From positions 8,821 through 72,820 of the forward strand of contig JBBRNK010000017.1 in the NCBI GenBank assembly GCA_038230355.1: a DNA stretch of 64,000 nucleotides. The letters are read 5' to 3'. The notes under the pieces are model-generated. The model did no database searches, was not told the DNA's origin, and worked only from the letters and a program-made list of their open reading frames with translations. Numbering within the stretch: position 1 is the stretch's first letter; every line of letters starts with the position of its first letter. Both the position numbers and the translations under genes were made by a program. Positions 1-11,021 of the stretch are shown here, piece after piece. The stretch is from Mycobacteriales bacterium (lineage in GTDB: Bacteria; Actinomycetota; Actinomycetes; Mycobacteriales; SCTD01).

Positions 1-267
1 CTTGCCAAGGTGTCCCCGGCGCAGGGGGCAGCCCCACCGATGGACGCCCAGCCGCAGGAGCAACAGAGCCAGTCGTCTGGGCAGTCGTCCGGCGGTGGGC
101 ACGGCGCGGAGGTCGCGGCCGGTGTCGGCGGCATGCTGGCCGGAGTCATGGGCTCGAGCGTGTTCAAGTCCTTCGCCCGATCGGCGGCCTCTGCCGCCGG
201 GCGCGAGATCACCCGGTCGATCTTCGGGACCACTCCGCGCAGACGCGCCACCACCCGTCGGCGGTAG
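1..267 (+). CDS. 3' end of probable HerA-like/DUF853 ATPase (partial, begins before window)
   Basis: C-terminus ...SSVFKSFARSAASAAGREITRSIFGT resembles the tail of actinobacterial DUF853 proteins; high GC3; stop at 265-267. Confidence 0.6.
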   Translation, partial: LAKVSPAQGAAPPMDAQPQEQQSQSSGQSSGGGHGAEVAAGVGGMLAGVMGSSVFKSFARSAASAAGREITRSIFGTTPRRRATTRRR

Positions 268-465
268 CCCGCACAGGAACGGGCGGTCGTTCGCGGAGGA
301 AGATGGCCCGTCCGGAGCAGTGACCTGCCCCATCTCTGCGGTCGACGCCGCACCGTCGCGTCGATGTGCGCTTCTCGGAACCCTCTGGAAACACGTGGGT
401 CACCTGTAGGGAACCCGGGCTACCTAGCGTGAGGGCTACGTTCACGGATACCCGGAGGAACCACG

Positions 466-897
466 ATGGCCTACCCGTCGCCGGCTCAGCAGCTGCCGAG
501 CCACCCGTCTGCACGCCCACAGGTCCGACCCGCCCCGCCGATTCTTCGTTCCGTTGTCGGCACCGGCCGCGACTTCACCAGCCGCGCCACCGACGCCGGC
601 GTCGACCTGACTGGCCCGCTCACGCTTGGCCCGCTGACCGTCGACGTCGCCGGCTACGTCGTGACGCTCGACGGTCAGGAGCTGGACCTGTCGCCGCGCC
701 AGGTGGAGCTGCTTGCGATGTTCCTGGGCGCACCCCGCAAGGTGTGGAGCCGCGACCAGCTGCACTGGGTCTGCTGGGGTGACACCGCGCCGTCGCGACG
801 GGTCGACGTCCAGCTCTGCAGGTTGCGTGCCAAGACCGGGATGGACCTGTTCCGCAACGTGCGCGACCGCGGTTGGGCCCTACGCCCCGCAGCCTGA
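466..897 (+). CDS. Stand-alone OmpR/PhoB-type winged-helix DNA-binding protein (no receiver domain)
   Basis: LTVDVAGYVVTLDGQELDLSPRQVELL...VWSRDQL...RRVDVQLCRLRAK...NVRDRGW matches Trans_reg_C; GGAGG RBS upstream. Confidence 0.8.
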   Translation: MAYPSPAQQLPSHPSARPQVRPAPPILRSVVGTGRDFTSRATDAGVDLTGPLTLGPLTVDVAGYVVTLDGQELDLSPRQVELLAMFLGAPRKVWSRDQLHWVCWGDTAPSRRVDVQLCRLRAKTGMDLFRNVRDRGWALRPAA

Positions 898-925
898 GCG
901 GGTTCGATGCGAAGCGGTACGTCGG

Positions 926-2479
926 TCAGCTCTCGTCGAAGACCAGGTCGACCGGGTGCCGCGGGATGAGGCTGATCGCCAGCGCGATCAGAACGGCGGC
1001 AACGGCCAGGGCCACGAAAACCGCGTGCGAGGCGTCGTACAGGCTGGTGCGGACGTAGTCCGCGACGCTGCCCGGGTGGGCGAGCGCGGCCGTGGTGCCG
1101 TCGACGCCGCCGGGGACGGCCCGGCGGACGTCCTGTGGCGCATGGTCGTAGCGCCCTGACAGGGTCGTGTTGGCAAGGGCGCCGAAGACCGCCGCGCCGA
1201 CTGCCGAGCCCATGGCGCGGGAGAACATGTTGGTGCCGGTGACGACGCCGCGACGTTCCCAGCCGACGACGGACTGGACGGCCACGACCGTGGGGCTGGA
1301 GCACAAGCCCATGCCGAGGCCGGTGACAAACATCCCCAGGGCCACCCAGCCGACGAAGACCCGCTCGGGCAGGGAGGCGGTCACCAGCGACCCCATGATC
1401 GCCAGGGCGATGCCGATCAGGGCGGTGTTGCGAAAGCCGATCCTCAGGTAGACCCGGCCGGACAGTCCGGCGGCGATCGGCCAGCCCATCGTCAGCGCGC
1501 CCAGGACCAGGCCCGCTTCGATCGCCCCCTTGCCGAGGACCCCCTGGACGTACGTCGGGACGTAGCTGGACAGTCCGATGAGCAGGGCGCCGACGCCGAG
1601 GGCCGTGAGGTTGCCCCCGACGAGGACCCGCCGCTTGAAGACCCACAGCGGCAGGACCGGCTCGACCGCGCCACGCTCGACCCGGAGGAAGGCGAGCAGC
1701 GCGACGACTGCGCCGCCGAGGACGACGGCACTGGTCGCGGAGCCCCACGCCCAGGCGGTGCCGCCCTCGAGCAGCCCGAGGATCAGCAGGGAGCAACCGG
1801 TCGTGAGCAGTGCTGCCCCCCGGTAGTCGATGGTGTGGGTGCGGCGCTCCACCTTCTCGTTGAAACGGCGACGGAGCGTGATCAGGGCGCCCGCCCCGAG
1901 GGGGAGGTTGATCAGGAAGATCCAGATCCACGAGACGTACTCGCTGAACAGGCCACCGGTGAGCGGCCCCAGGACCGACGAGATCCCCCACACCGAGGCG
2001 ACATAGCCCTGGACCCTGGCTCGCTCCTCCAACGTGTACAGGTCACCGATGATCGTCAGGCCGATGGGCTGCACCGCGCCGGCGCCGACGCCCTGCACGG
2101 CGCGCGCGGCAATCAGGGCGGGCATCGACCAGGCCACGCCGCACAGCAGGGAGCCCAGGACGAACACGCTGATGCCGAACGTCATGACCGGCTTGCGGCC
2201 CAGGACGTCGGAGAGCTTGCCGTAGATCGGCACGGTCACGGCCTGCGTCAGGAGGTAGACGCTGAACAGCCACGGGAACTGGCTGAAGCCACCGATGTCC
2301 TTGACGATGCTGGGGACCGCCGTGGCGACGACGGTGCTGTCCAGGGCGATCAGCGCCGTGCTGAGCATGATGGCGCCGAGGACGGGGCCGCGCTCCGAGC
2401 GCAGCCCGACGGCTGACCGGAGGGGCGGATCGGCGGTCGCGGTCACGAAGGTGACGAACCGTCCCCGGAGCGCGGGCAT
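926..2479 (-). CDS. MFS drug:H+ antiporter (DHA2/EmrB-like, 14 TM)
   Basis: ALDSTVVATAVPSI, GKLSDVLGRK (motif A), ARAVQGVGAG; many hydrophobic segments; start uncertain. Confidence 0.9.
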   Translation of the reverse strand: MPALRGRFVTFVTATADPPLRSAVGLRSERGPVLGAIMLSTALIALDSTVVATAVPSIVKDIGGFSQFPWLFSVYLLTQAVTVPIYGKLSDVLGRKPVMTFGISVFVLGSLLCGVAWSMPALIAARAVQGVGAGAVQPIGLTIIGDLYTLEERARVQGYVASVWGISSVLGPLTGGLFSEYVSWIWIFLINLPLGAGALITLRRRFNEKVERRTHTIDYRGAALLTTGCSLLILGLLEGGTAWAWGSATSAVVLGGAVVALLAFLRVERGAVEPVLPLWVFKRRVLVGGNLTALGVGALLIGLSSYVPTYVQGVLGKGAIEAGLVLGALTMGWPIAAGLSGRVYLRIGFRNTALIGIALAIMGSLVTASLPERVFVGWVALGMFVTGLGMGLCSSPTVVAVQSVVGWERRGVVTGTNMFSRAMGSAVGAAVFGALANTTLSGRYDHAPQDVRRAVPGGVDGTTAALAHPGSVADYVRTSLYDASHAVFVALAVAAVLIALAISLIPRHPVDLVFDES

Positions 2480-2485
2480 TCCCCC

Positions 2486-3121
2486 TCAGCTCGTGACGGG
2501 CAGCCCCAGAGCCTCGAGCAGAGCGTCGGCCCACTTCGCGTAGCCCCGCTCGTTGGGGTGGAACCCGTCAAAGAACAACCCCTGGTACGGCGGTCCGGTG
2601 TGGTTCCACAGGTCTGCCACCTTGAGGTCCCGGTAGTTGGCAACCTCGTAGACGCACTCGTTGACCTCGACGCACTTGGCCTTGCGCAGTCCGCGCGTCG
2701 TCGTGGCGACGACCGAGCCGGCCGGCAGTCGTCCGTACAGCTCCTCGAGGTCCTTGCGCCACTGGTCCACCGGCGTCCAGACGATGTCGTTGCCACCGAC
2801 GATCGCGGTCACGAGCTCAGCGGGAAGGTCGTACAGCCGGGGGCACTGGTCCCGGGCCACGTCGAGAGTCTTGGCGCCGGACCTCGACAGGTTGATGACC
2901 CGCCACGGCCGGCCGGAGGTGGCACGAAGCACCTGGAGGACCTGGCCGACGTACCCGGTGTCGTAGCTCGGGCACCCCACGCCTTGGGCCGCGCTGTCGC
3001 CGAGCACGACCCAGAGGGGACCGGTCTGGACGGCGGCACGGCTGTTCGCGGCGTCCCAGTCGAGGGCGTACTGGTCCATCTGCTCGTACGTCTTGGGCAG
3101 AAAGCGACGGAGCACGGCCAT
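2486..3121 (-). CDS. SGNH/GDSL hydrolase
   Basis: LGDSAAQG, NLSRSGA, GGND and DGFHPN blocks. Confidence 0.9.
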   Translation of the reverse strand: MAVLRRFLPKTYEQMDQYALDWDAANSRAAVQTGPLWVVLGDSAAQGVGCPSYDTGYVGQVLQVLRATSGRPWRVINLSRSGAKTLDVARDQCPRLYDLPAELVTAIVGGNDIVWTPVDQWRKDLEELYGRLPAGSVVATTTRGLRKAKCVEVNECVYEVANYRDLKVADLWNHTGPPYQGLFFDGFHPNERGYAKWADALLEALGLPVTS

Positions 3122-3172
3122 GGCGCCAGTGTGCCGTGCGAATCGGTGCGGCTAGGTGAGGCAGGCCATGTG

Positions 3173-3424
3173 TCAGGCGCTGAAGCCGGTGACCCGCGGA
3201 ATCGTGAGCTTGTCGGTCTCGTCGTGGAACTGGGCGCCCTGAGCGGCCAGGGCTGGGCGGAACGCGTGTGCGTGATGGCCGCAGAACAACAATTCTGCGC
3301 CGACCGGCAGCGTCGCGCGCACGTAGGCCTGGGCGTCGCAACGGTCGCACCGATCCGCGGCTGTGAGCGGCGTCGTGACGAGCGGGACCGGGCGGGAGAC
3401 GGTGGTCTGCGTGGCGGTGTCCAT
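3173..3424 (-). CDS. Small conserved actinobacterial protein with CxxC...FCGHH putative metal site
   Basis: LTAADRCDRCDAQAYVRA...LLFCGHH; GAGGAG RBS. Confidence 0.75.
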   Translation of the reverse strand: MDTATQTTVSRPVPLVTTPLTAADRCDRCDAQAYVRATLPVGAELLFCGHHAHAFRPALAAQGAQFHDETDKLTIPRVTGFSA

Positions 3425-3546
3425 GGCGGTCTCCTCAGGTCGACGTGGAGGGGTTGTGTCCTCCCGTGGTGCTTACAACACCACTCCGGAGCTCTTCGTG
3501 CCGACCCGGGGGCGTGAGGTGGGTCACCGGGCGTCCCCGATCCAGG

Positions 3547-4098
3547 TCAGGTGAAGCTGACCGCTGCTGTCGTGACCGTGCCGGCCGAGCGACCTGGTGC
3601 GGTCTGGTGGCCCCAGTAGAGGTTGGTGTGCGCGATGACCAGGGCTGGGCTCGGGGCACCGTACTCGGTCAGGTCCTCCGTCGTGTGCGCGTCGCTGACC
3701 AGCGTCGCGTCGTAGCCCCGGGCTATCGCCCCGTGCAGCGTGGACCGGACGCAGGCGTCGGTCTGCGCACCAGCGACGACGAGGCTGCCGACGGACAAGT
3801 CGGCGAGCACCTGCTCGAGGTCGGTGTCCTCGAAGGAGTCGCCGTACTGCTTATGGATGACCGGCTCGTCGCGAGCCTGGGGGAGTTCGGGCACGTACTG
3901 CCACGCGTCGCTGCCCTCTGGCAGGTCGTCGGAGCGGTGCTGGACCCACACCACGGGCACGACCCCGGCGCGGGCCCGGTCAACGAGGGTCGCGATGTTG
4001 GCGATGACGCCCTCACGGTCGTGGGCGCCGTCGACCACTCCGTTCTGCACGTCGATGATCAGCAGTGCGGTACCGGGGCGTCCGGGAAGGGTAGTCAC
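3547..4098 (-). CDS. Cysteine hydrolase / isochorismatase family
   Basis: ALLIIDVQN, K..GDSF, GAQTDACVRST, DAHTT; GTG start 6 nt after TAGTGT (leaderless-type -10). Confidence 0.9.
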   Translation of the reverse strand: MTTLPGRPGTALLIIDVQNGVVDGAHDREGVIANIATLVDRARAGVVPVVWVQHRSDDLPEGSDAWQYVPELPQARDEPVIHKQYGDSFEDTDLEQVLADLSVGSLVVAGAQTDACVRSTLHGAIARGYDATLVSDAHTTEDLTEYGAPSPALVIAHTNLYWGHQTAPGRSAGTVTTAAVSFT

Positions 4099-4133
4099 GT
4101 GCGCACACTAGGACCCGGACCCTCGGTCTGCCG
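4099..4133 (-). repeat. Degenerate copy of the tRNA-Arg(TCT) 3' half (att-like remnant)
   Basis: 28/35 ungapped identity to 5661-5695 by manual alignment, same orientation. Confidence 0.55.
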
Positions 4134-4229
4134 AGAGGAAGGTCGGCCTCTGGACTCTGCGTTCTGCAGCATGTCGCCACAGGCTGCGGCCATTGCTCTG
4201 TCAGCCCTGGCATGTCGGCAGTGCTGGTA

Positions 4230-4745
4230 TCACCGTGGGTTCGGCGACTCGAGGACTTCCTTCATTCGGGCCAGCGTCAAGGCCATCCCCGTGTGCAGGT
4301 CCTGTGTGCGCTTATGCACGCGGTCGGCAGCGTGCGCCGGATCTGCCTCAGCTGCAACACGCAAACCGCTGAGACCATCGGGGCAGTGGGTAAACACCTG
4401 GCTGAGCACGACGGAGTGGCGGGCGGCCCGCAGTCGGAAGGTCCACGTCGACGAAGGGGTGCCGTCGAACCGGTCTCCGACCGACCAGGAGAAGGTGGCC
4501 TCCGGTTCCCACACGAGCACATCGCAGGGTCGAATCCACTCGAACTCGACGTCGCCCCGAGTCGCTCGGTTGCGGCCTTCGAAGCGGCCACCCACGGACC
4601 GGGCTGCAAAGCCGGGGACCCACCACGCCTCGACGCACTCCGGGCTGAACTCTCCGATACGCGTGATGTCCGAGACCAAGGCCCATCTGTGGGCCAGGCT
4701 GCACCCCACAGCGCACTCAACACCGATGGTCATCGCGCTGAACAT
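4230..4745 (-). CDS. SRPBCC (START-like) domain protein
   Basis: WALVSDITRIGEFSPEC...GGRFEGRN...FSWSVGD...WTFRL; start uncertain; codon usage less biased than neighbours. Confidence 0.75.
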   Translation of the reverse strand: MFSAMTIGVECAVGCSLAHRWALVSDITRIGEFSPECVEAWWVPGFAARSVGGRFEGRNRATRGDVEFEWIRPCDVLVWEPEATFSWSVGDRFDGTPSSTWTFRLRAARHSVVLSQVFTHCPDGLSGLRVAAEADPAHAADRVHKRTQDLHTGMALTLARMKEVLESPNPR

Positions 4746-4960
4746 GGTGTCCAGGGCATGATTTACCTCGGGCCTGGGACCGTGCGTGCCCCAATGGGAC
4801 AACTCCACCCGCATCTGAACAGTGTGCCGTCCCGGCAGCGCAAAGTCATGATCCGCTCGGCGCCGAGAAGGCCGACAGTGCAGGCGGTTGCTCGACGCCA
4901 AGTTGACGCCTGCGGGCTTCGGCGAGCTCAGAGTCGTCCCGGAGCCCGCTTCGGACTGCG

Positions 4961-5599
4961 CTAGTGGGCCACACCGATGTGGGCGCGGTGGTGAGCGGGA
5001 GCCTCGACCTCGTCGATGATCGCTGCGGCGAAGTCCGCTCCAGAGATGTTCGAGCTGCCCTCGGCGTCGAGAAGGGCGACCTCGCCGCTGACCCGGTACA
5101 CGCCGGTGCGCTCGCCGGGAGCCCAGGCGCCGTATGAGCCCGCGGGGCTGACGAATACCCAGTCGAGCGCGGGCGGGGCGTTGTCGACGAGCATGAGGCG
5201 GGTGGCCTCTCCCTCCTCCGCCTCCTGTCGGTACTGCTCCGGCATCTCGCCTTCGACGAAGCGCGGCGCGTCCGGCCCGGGCCGCAGCGAGCTGAAGCCA
5301 CCGACCTGCAGGTAGCGAGCGTTCGACCCTGCCGACAGCCGCGCGAGCTTGTCGTACACGTCGACCAGGCGTCCGACCATGTCGCCGCGAGGGGCTAATG
5401 CTGCAACAACGACGTCGGCGTCGGGGATGAGCGGCAACGCAAGTTGCTCGACGTCACCGACCTCGTAGCGAACTCCGTCGATCGGATCCGTCGGCTGCGA
5501 ACGGCTCACCGACACGACGCGATGCCCCCTTGATGCTGCTTCGCGAACGACGTTGCCGCCCGTGTAGCCGGTTCCTCCGAAGACGACGATGTGTGCCAC
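4961..5599 (-). CDS. NAD(P)H-binding Rossmann protein (flavin reductase-like)
   Basis: VFGGTGYTG, LDWVFVSP, GERTGVYR, ISGADFAAAIIDE; GGAGG RBS before GTG at 5599. Confidence 0.85.
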   Translation of the reverse strand: MAHIVVFGGTGYTGGNVVREAASRGHRVVSVSRSQPTDPIDGVRYEVGDVEQLALPLIPDADVVVAALAPRGDMVGRLVDVYDKLARLSAGSNARYLQVGGFSSLRPGPDAPRFVEGEMPEQYRQEAEEGEATRLMLVDNAPPALDWVFVSPAGSYGAWAPGERTGVYRVSGEVALLDAEGSSNISGADFAAAIIDEVEAPAHHRAHIGVAH

Positions 5600-5621
5600 G
5601 CGTCCTCCCTTGGTCCCCAGC

Positions 5622-5669
5622 ACAGTGCGCCCAACAGTGGTCCCAACAGTGCGCCCAACAGTGCGCCCA
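5622..5669. repeat. Four tandem 12-bp units (ACAGTGCGCCCA, one ACAGTGGTCCCA); last unit overlaps the tRNA 3' end
   Basis: Direct reading of 5622-5669. Confidence 0.85.
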
Positions 5670-5735
5670 GTAGGACTCGAACCTACGGCCTGCCGCTTAG
5701 AAGGCGGCTGCTCTATCCAGCTGAGCTATGAGCGC
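5662..5735 (-). tRNA. tRNA-Arg (anticodon TCT)
   Basis: Minus strand GCGCTCATAGCTCAGCTGGATAGAGCAGCCGCCTTCTAAGCGGCAGGCCGTAGGTTCGAGTCCTACTGGGCGCA folds as a cloverleaf; GCCGC/GCGGC anticodon stem, GTTCGA T-loop; CCA not encoded. Confidence 0.97.
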
Positions 5736-5784
5736 GTCACACCACAGTGTGCTGTACGGCGACAGGTGCGCGCCGGATCCGGGC

Positions 5785-6693
5785 TCACGCAAGGTGGCGA
5801 GAGGTACCGAAGGCCTCATCGAGCGTGACGGGGGTCAGGTCGCGGCTCGCGATCAGCGCGAGCAGCTCCGGGTAGAGGTAGGTGATCGTCGAGTGGTTGG
5901 CGTGCCCGAGCATGATCGCCCCCGGCCGCAGCCACTTTCGGGCCTCGCCCATCAGCACGTCCGGCGTCAGCAACGCTGCGTCGCCGAAGCTCCCGTTCCA
6001 CATCACGATCGTCGAGTAGCCCAGCTGGGCGACGAGGTCGTCGGTTCGGGGATTGTGAAAGCCGAACGGCGGCCGGAAGTAGGGGCGCGAGGTGAACCCG
6101 AAGGTCTGCTGGATCCACTCGTCGTTGCGCTCGAGCTCCTCCGTCACCTTCGCCTCGGACAGCAGCTTGATGTTCTTGTGGTGGAAGGTGTGGTTGCCGA
6201 TCTGGACCTGCCCGCGCTCGACCAGCGGCCGCAGCACCTTCGCGTGCTGCTCCCAGACGGGGGCGTAGAGCCCGTTCGGGTTGAAGGTGAGGTGGACGCC
6301 GCTGGTCAGCGCGAACTCGACGTACGCCGCGACCGTCGTCGGGTTGAAGCCGTCGTCGATGGTGAGGGCGACCGCCTTGGGAGGGGCTGAGAACGGCAGC
6401 CGGTCCACGACCTGCGGTGCCACGGGCAGCGCTGACTCCGGCGTTGCCTCGAGTCCCGGGTCCGGTGTCGGATCGGCACTGGGGTCGCCCGACGGGTGGG
6501 CGGTTGGGTCGGCGGGTGGGTCGGTAGGCCGCGCGGCGGACGCCGGTACCGGCGGTCCAGGGGCGGGGTGGGGGAACGGTCCGCGCTGACCGGCGGACAA
6601 CGTGCCCGCCGGTCGGCTGCACCCGGCGAGGGCCCCGACCGTGCCGAGGGCGAGGACGGTGAGCAGCCGTCGTCGGTCCAGCTCGTGCGCCAT
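5785..6693 (-). CDS. Polysaccharide deacetylase (NodB/CE4), probable Tat lipoprotein
   Basis: DRRRLL...LAGC signal, Pro-rich linker, ALTIDDG, GNHTFHH, FRPPFG, LGH. Confidence 0.88.
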   Translation of the reverse strand: MAHELDRRRLLTVLALGTVGALAGCSRPAGTLSAGQRGPFPHPAPGPPVPASAARPTDPPADPTAHPSGDPSADPTPDPGLEATPESALPVAPQVVDRLPFSAPPKAVALTIDDGFNPTTVAAYVEFALTSGVHLTFNPNGLYAPVWEQHAKVLRPLVERGQVQIGNHTFHHKNIKLLSEAKVTEELERNDEWIQQTFGFTSRPYFRPPFGFHNPRTDDLVAQLGYSTIVMWNGSFGDAALLTPDVLMGEARKWLRPGAIMLGHANHSTITYLYPELLALIASRDLTPVTLDEAFGTSRHLA

Positions 6694-6877
6694 GCGGGGC
6701 CCCCTCCGTGGCTCGCAAGGTCGCACGCGCTCTCGCCGTCCGCAGGCGACACGCGCAATCCACAGCCCACGCGTCCCTCCACAGATCCGGGTGGGCCGCC
6801 CCGCGAGACATCTGGTGACTGCAGCGTGGGGGCACGAACCCGGCGGAAGGCCGGGACCGACTCGCGGAGGACCACTC

Positions 6878-7303
6878 GTGAACGAGCCCCAGATCAGCCT
6901 GACCGGCAACCTCGCTTTCGACCCGGACGTCCGGACGACCCCCAACGGGGTGCCTGTCGTGGACCTGCGCGTCGCCTCGACCCGCCGTGTGAAGGACGGT
7001 GAGCAGTGGAACGACGGCGAGACGCTGTGGTTCGACGTGGCCTGCTGGAACAAGCTGGCCGAGAATGTCGGCGCCTCCCTGCACAAGGGCGACAAGGTCA
7101 CGATCACCGGAAGGCTGCTCCAGAAGACCTGGACCCGGGAGGACGGAACCAGCAGCGTCAAGCTCGTCATCGACGCCAGCTCGGTCGGCCTCGACCTGGC
7201 GCGGTTCCCGGTCAAGGTGCAGAAGCCGCTCATCCCGGGCGGCGCCGCTCACGCGCTCACCGACCAGCACGAGCACGAGGAGGACCGCGAACTGGCCGCC
7301 TGA
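6878..7303 (+). CDS. ssb: Single-stranded DNA-binding protein, secondary SsbB-like copy lacking the acidic PF tail
   Basis: ISLTGNLAFDP...LRVAST.R...WFDVACWNKLAENV..SLHKGDKVTITGRL; GGAGG RBS. Confidence 0.88.
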   Translation: MNEPQISLTGNLAFDPDVRTTPNGVPVVDLRVASTRRVKDGEQWNDGETLWFDVACWNKLAENVGASLHKGDKVTITGRLLQKTWTREDGTSSVKLVIDASSVGLDLARFPVKVQKPLIPGGAAHALTDQHEHEEDRELAA

Positions 7304-7313
7304 GGCCACCGGC

Positions 7314-7341
7314 GCCCGTCCCGTCGGGTCGGCGGGACGGG
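7314..7341 (+). terminator. GC-rich hairpin after ssb
   Basis: CCCGTCCCGTCG-GGT-CGGCGGGACGGG inverted repeat. Confidence 0.5.
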
Positions 7342-7385
7342 CTGCCCGCTTGCGGTGTCGGTCCCCGACCCACAAGGTGCAGGAG

Positions 7386-8294
7386 ATGCGGGTACTTGTT
7401 GCTGGTGCGTCCGGGTTCGTCGGCAGGCGGTTGTGTCCTGCCCTGGAGCAGGCGGGGCACGAGGTCATTGCCATGACCCGTGACCCAAAGGCCTACACAG
7501 GCGTCGGCAAGCCCGTCGGGGCCGATGTGCACCAGCCCGGGACGCTGCCGTCGGCCCTGGCGGGCTGCGACGCGGCCTACTACCTCGTGCACTCCCTGGA
7601 CGACGAGGACTTCGAGGACAAGGACGCCCGGGCCGCCGAGGCCTTCTCGACGGCGGCCACCGATGCCGGCCTGTCGCAGGTGATCTACCTCGGCGGCCTG
7701 GGAAACGACGCCGACGATCTGTCGGCCCACCTGCGGTCGCGGCGCGAGGTGGAGCGCCTGCTCGCGTCGGCGGGGGTGCAGGTGACGACCCTGCGTGCCG
7801 GCATCATCGTCGGGCACGGCGGGATCTCCTGGGAGCTCACCCGGCAGCTGGTCGAGCACCTGCCGGCCATGATCACCCCGCGCTGGGTCCGGACCCGCTG
7901 CCAGCCGGTCGGGGTGGCCGACGTCGTCCGCTACCTGGTCGGCGTGCTCGGTGTCCCCGAGGCAAAGGAGAGGACCTTCGAGATCGGCGGCCCCGAGGTG
8001 CTCGCCTACGTCGAGATGATGCAGCGGGTCGCGGTCCTGGAGGGCCGGCACCTGCTCATCGTGCCCGTGCCGATTCTCAGCCCGAAGCTGTCCTCGCGCT
8101 GGCTCGCCTTCGTCACCGACGTCGACCGGCAGACCGCGAGGTCCCTGATCGACTCCATGAGCAACGAGGTGGTCGTCCGCGACGATGCCATCCGGTCCGT
8201 CGTACCGTTCGCGCCGATGGACTACGACGACATGGTCCTGCAGGCGCTCAAGGAGCGGGCCCAAGAGAAGCGGGCCCAGGAGAAGCGGGCGTGA
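7386..8294 (+). CDS. NAD(P)H-binding atypical SDR/epimerase
   Basis: MRVLVAGASGFVG, AAYYLVHS, YLGGLG, HLRSRREVE, LRAGIIVG. Confidence 0.88.
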   Translation: MRVLVAGASGFVGRRLCPALEQAGHEVIAMTRDPKAYTGVGKPVGADVHQPGTLPSALAGCDAAYYLVHSLDDEDFEDKDARAAEAFSTAATDAGLSQVIYLGGLGNDADDLSAHLRSRREVERLLASAGVQVTTLRAGIIVGHGGISWELTRQLVEHLPAMITPRWVRTRCQPVGVADVVRYLVGVLGVPEAKERTFEIGGPEVLAYVEMMQRVAVLEGRHLLIVPVPILSPKLSSRWLAFVTDVDRQTARSLIDSMSNEVVVRDDAIRSVVPFAPMDYDDMVLQALKERAQEKRAQEKRA

Positions 8295-9016
8295 CCCGGC
8301 TGGACGCGCTGCGGACGGCCCCACTCGTCGATGCCCTCATCGAGATCGTCCCCCGCAACCACCGCGAGCCGGACCGGGTCTGGCACCGCCGGCGCCGCAT
8401 CGTGGCCGGGACGGTCCTGGTGGGAGCGGGCCTGCTCGAGCGCAGCCTCGCGGCCGAGCCCGACTCGAGGCAGTTCTACGTTCGCTCCCTGGGCGTGGCC
8501 GGCGCGTGGCTGGCCGGCGGATTCGGGTCTGGGCCGCTGCACCTCGGGCGTCAGTGGGGCCGCGGGCAGGCCCTGCGCCGGCCCCTCGTCACCCCGGTGG
8601 CCACGGGGGTCGCCGCGTTCGGTGCGTTCTACGGTTGCGCGCTGGTCGTCCGTCAGATCCCGGTGCTCGAGCGGGCGATCTCCTCCGTGCTGGACTACGC
8701 CGACGAGGGCTCGACGCCGCTCGTCCTGCTCACCACGCTTGCCAACGGCGCAGCGGAGGAGGTCTTCTTCCGGGGCGCCCTCTACGCCGCCGTGGGGGAG
8801 GGGCGGCCGGTGGTGCTGTCGACCGCGGCGTACACCGCGACGACCCTCGCGACCAAGAACCCCGCCCTCGTCCTGGCGGCGATCGTGATGGGCACCCTGT
8901 TCGGGATGCAGCGTCGCGCCTCGGGCGGCATCCAGGCCCCGGTGCTCACCCACCTCACTTGGTCCGCGCTCATGCTCCGGTTCCTGCCGCCGCTGTTCAG
9001 GCACCCCCCCGACTAG
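8291..9016 (+). CDS. CPBP (CAAX/Abi) intramembrane metalloprotease
   Basis: AEEVFFRG and THLTW motifs, multiple TM segments; GTGA overlap with upstream gene. Confidence 0.85.
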   Translation: MTRLDALRTAPLVDALIEIVPRNHREPDRVWHRRRRIVAGTVLVGAGLLERSLAAEPDSRQFYVRSLGVAGAWLAGGFGSGPLHLGRQWGRGQALRRPLVTPVATGVAAFGAFYGCALVVRQIPVLERAISSVLDYADEGSTPLVLLTTLANGAAEEVFFRGALYAAVGEGRPVVLSTAAYTATTLATKNPALVLAAIVMGTLFGMQRRASGGIQAPVLTHLTWSALMLRFLPPLFRHPPD

Positions 9017-9026
9017 GCTGCCGCGC

Positions 9027-10712
<1,686 letters not shown>

Positions 10713-10994
10713 CCCGTTGGTCGGGCCGGGCCTTCTGGTCCGTCGTCGGCGGGCGCCTCGTGGTTCTGCTCTCCCCGACGCCGTCCTGAGCGAGGTGCCG
10801 CAGGCGGTGCTGTCGATCCACCGCCACGGCAACGGGTACGACGGGTCGGCGGACGCCACGGTCGCCCGCGTGGCCTGGAACGAGGCTGGTCGGGTCGACG
10901 ACCCCCCCAGGTGACCATGCCGGGGTGGTCAGGATGGGTGAGATAACGCGCTCCAGCGGGTGCGCGGGAGCCAGCGATTCGGGGCAATCTGGAC

Positions 10995-11021
10995 TAAACG
11001 ACCAGTCGGCGTGGCAGAAGG
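10995..11021 (+). promoter_or_regulatory. Possible sigma28-type promoter for fliW-csrA-fliA
   Basis: TAAA-N15-GCAGAAGG; the -10 is imperfect. Confidence 0.4.

Noticed and set aside
6878..7303. ssb near a tRNA as a prophage/ICE marker
   Set aside because: An ssb-like gene upstream of ettA is conserved backbone; no phage or conjugation genes are present
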